From the NCBI GenBank assembly GCA_038213805.1, contig JBBQSO010000069.1, forward strand, positions 1-28,076: a DNA stretch of 28,076 nucleotides. The letters run 5' to 3'. Of the stretch, positions 26,230 through 28,076 are shown in pieces; the first letter of the stretch is position 1, and each line of letters begins with the position of its first letter. The position numbers were made by a program, and so were the translations under genes. Source of the stretch: Planctomycetota bacterium. GTDB lineage: Bacteria; Planctomycetota; UBA11346. The notes below the pieces were generated by a model. That model saw only the letters and a list, made by a program, of their open reading frames with translations, did no database searches and was not told the DNA's origin.

Positions 26230-27294
26230 TCAGCGCGTCACGCCCGCGACCACCGGGATGGGCTGGCCGTCCATGCCGATGCCGGCGAGCAGGCGGCGCA
26301 AGCCCGCGACGTCGAGCCACTGGGCGTTGGTGTCGGACATGTAGGTGAAGCCGTCGGGCAGCACGCGCCCGCCGATGCCCTTGAGACGGTCGTAGGACGC
26401 CATGCGCCGGCTCGCCACCGCTTCGGGGGCGATCGCGTAGCAGTCGTCGAACTCGAGGCTGTGGCGCGCGTCGTCCTCGCCGATCATCAGTTCGTGGAGC
26501 TTCTCGCCGGGGCGGATGCCGATGATGTTGGTCTTGAGGCCGGGCGCGATCGCCTCGGCGAGGTCGAGGATCTTCATACTCGGGATCTTGGGCACGTAGA
26601 TCTCGCCGCCGAGCATGCGCCCGAAGTTGGCGATGACGAAGTCGACGGCGTGCGGCAGGGTGATCCAGAAGCGCGTCATGCGCGGGTCGGTGATGGTCAA
26701 CTCCTTGGCGCCGGCCGCGACCATCTCGCGCCAGCGCGGCACGATCGAGCCGCGGCTGCCGAGCACGTTGCCGTAGCGCACCACGCTGAACTTGGGCACG
26801 CCGCGCTGGCCGACGTAGGCGTTGCCCGAGACGAACAGCTTGTCCGAGCACAGCTTGGTCGCGCCGTAGAGGTTGATCGGATTGGCGGCCTTGTCGGTCG
26901 ACAGCGCGATGACCTTCTCGACGCCGCGCTCGATGGCCGCGTCGACCACGTTCATGGCGCCGTGGATGTTGGTCTTCACGAACTCGGTGGGATTGTACTC
27001 CGCCGCCGGGACCTGCTTGAGCGCGGCCGCGTGCACCACCAGGTCGACATCACGGAAGGCGCGCAGCAGGCGCTCCTTGTCGCGCACATCGCCAAGGAAG
27101 TAGCGGATCTTCTCATGGTCGAAGACCCCGCCGGACTGGCGCATCTCCCACTGCTTGAGCTCATCGCGGCTGAAGACGATGACTTTGCGCGGATTATGCT
27201 CGGTCAGCGCCTTCTTGATGAAGCACTTGCCGAAGCTGCCCGTACCCCCGGTGACGAGGATGGTCTTGTCCTGCAACGGAAACGTGGTGTTCAT
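26230..27294 (-). CDS. pseB: UDP-N-acetylglucosamine 4,6-dehydratase (inverting)
   Basis: ILVTGGTGSFG, FSRDELKQ, GDVRD, HAAALKQVPAAEYNP.E..KTN, LSTDKAANPINLYGATK, RYGNVLGSRGS, MTRFWI, GIRPGEKLHE. ATG at 27294 overlaps the pseC stop, with an AAAGGGA RBS. Confidence 0.96.
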   Translation of the reverse strand: MNTTFPLQDKTILVTGGTGSFGKCFIKKALTEHNPRKVIVFSRDELKQWEMRQSGGVFDHEKIRYFLGDVRDKERLLRAFRDVDLVVHAAALKQVPAAEYNPTEFVKTNIHGAMNVVDAAIERGVEKVIALSTDKAANPINLYGATKLCSDKLFVSGNAYVGQRGVPKFSVVRYGNVLGSRGSIVPRWREMVAAGAKELTITDPRMTRFWITLPHAVDFVIANFGRMLGGEIYVPKIPSMKILDLAEAIAPGLKTNIIGIRPGEKLHELMIGEDDARHSLEFDDCYAIAPEAVASRRMASYDRLKGIGGRVLPDGFTYMSDTNAQWLDVAGLRRLLAGIGMDGQPIPVVAGVTR

Positions 27295-28076
27295 GGATTC
27301 CCTTTGGCTGTCGCCGGGCTCAACGCACCACGCGTGCCATTGCTGCCGCCCCCCGCGACCCCCCCGCCCAGGCCGTGCAGCCAGACGCACACGCGCTCCT
27401 GCTCGTCCGCGGTCAGATCCGGCCAGCACGGCAGGCTGACCAGTCCGGCATAGGCGCGGTCGGCCCCCGCGAGGTCGCCGGCGCGGCGGGCCGCGGCCAG
27501 CACCGGCTGATGGTGGAGCGGGATGTAGTGGACCATCGGCGCGATGCCCGCCGCGGCGGCGCGGCGGAACAGCTCGCGGCGGTCGAAGCCCAGCTGCGCG
27601 AAGTCGAGCTGGGCGGTGGCGAGGTGCCAGAACGGGTCCTGCCCCGGCGCCGGCGGCGCGAACGCCAGCCACGGCAGGCCGGCGAGGCGCTCGCGGTAGC
27701 GCGCCACTATCGCGGCGCGCGCGGCCTTGAAGGCACCCAGGCGCCGGCACTGGCTGGCGCCGAGCGCGGCGTGCACGTCCGAGAGGCGCTCGTTGGTCGC
27801 CGGGGCGTGGAATTCGTGGTACCACGGTGCGCCCCCGTCGCGCGCGGCGAGATCGCCGCGGAAGCCGGTGCGCTCGATGCCGTGGTGACGCAGGCTGCGC
27901 AGGCGCGCGTCCCACGCGGGATCGGCGGTGACGATCGCGCCGCCCTCGGCGGTGGTGATGTTCTTCACCGGGTGGAAGCTGAAGATCGCGCCGCGCCCGT
28001 ACCGGCAGCTGCCGCACGGCGCGCCGTCCGCTCCGCTGCTGCCGAAGGCGTGCGCCGCATCCTCGAGCAGCATGGT
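27291..28076 (-). CDS. pseC: DegT/DnrJ/EryC1/StrS sugar aminotransferase, PseC-type (5'-truncated by the window end)
   Basis: EDAAHAFG, FSFHPVKNITTAEGG (PLP lysine), LR.HGI, PWY.E, RLSD.HAALG.SQ, WHL, VHYIP.H and SLP. Directly upstream of pseB. Confidence 0.88.
   Translation of the reverse strand, partial: TMLLEDAAHAFGSSGADGAPCGSCRYGRGAIFSFHPVKNITTAEGGAIVTADPAWDARLRSLRHHGIERTGFRGDLAARDGGAPWYHEFHAPATNERLSDVHAALGASQCRRLGAFKAARAAIVARYRERLAGLPWLAFAPPAPGQDPFWHLATAQLDFAQLGFDRRELFRRAAAAGIAPMVHYIPLHHQPVLAAARRAGDLAGADRAYAGLVSLPCWPDLTADEQERVCVWLHGLGGGVAGGGSNGTRGALSPATAKGNP
27325..27339 (-). promoter_or_regulatory. Sigma54 (RpoN)-type -24/-12 promoter inside the pseC 3' end, upstream of pseB
   Basis: Minus strand reads TGGCACG-CGTG-GTGC, one mismatch to TGGCACG-N4-TTGC, with exact GG-N10-GC spacing. 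The predicted start (~27313) lies just before the pseB RBS. Confidence 0.55.

Noticed and set aside
27295..28017. Apparent 240-aa N-terminal extension or fusion on PseB
   Set aside because: It is an alternative frame over pseC. PseB starts at 27294 with its own RBS.
1..28076. CRISPR array, tRNA/rRNA, transposase, prophage or defence genes
   Set aside because: No regularly spaced DNA repeats, RNA-gene signatures or corresponding protein motifs were seen. The only repeats are protein-level MBG units and the short inverted repeats reported.

Overview
GC-rich bacterial chromosomal window combining a surface-glycan region with a flagellar filament and glycosylation region. The flagellin's sequence style tentatively suggests Planctomycetota (inference). 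The left part (1-13233) starts with the 5'-truncated gene of a large multidomain protein: four MBG-like repeats, an SGNH/sialate-O-acetylesterase-type domain, and an alpha/beta-hydrolase domain that appears duplicated. It continues with a GtrA-family protein, a GT-C-like membrane protein, three GT-B glycosyltransferases, an OpgC-like membrane acyltransferase, an O-antigen ligase/Wzy-family protein and a WcaF-like acetyltransferase. The middle part (13361-19688) has a lone bioA downstream of flaG-fliD-fliS, which is divergent from flagellin fliC. It carries three matching sigma28-type promoters, CsrA-like hairpins in the fliC leader and a strong terminator. The right part (19857-28076) has a Maf/DUF115 flagellin glycosyltransferase coupled to an uncharacterised helical/TPR-like protein. 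These converge on a complete pseudaminic acid operon (pseC, pseB, SpsF-type cytidylyltransferase, pseG-pseH fusion, pseI), with a sigma54-like promoter hidden in the pseC 3' end. A 187-bp TA-flanked inverted-repeat (MITE-like) element fills the convergence point and completes both stop codons. No rRNA, tRNA, CRISPR array or transposase was seen. All product calls come from recognising motifs by eye, not from database searches.
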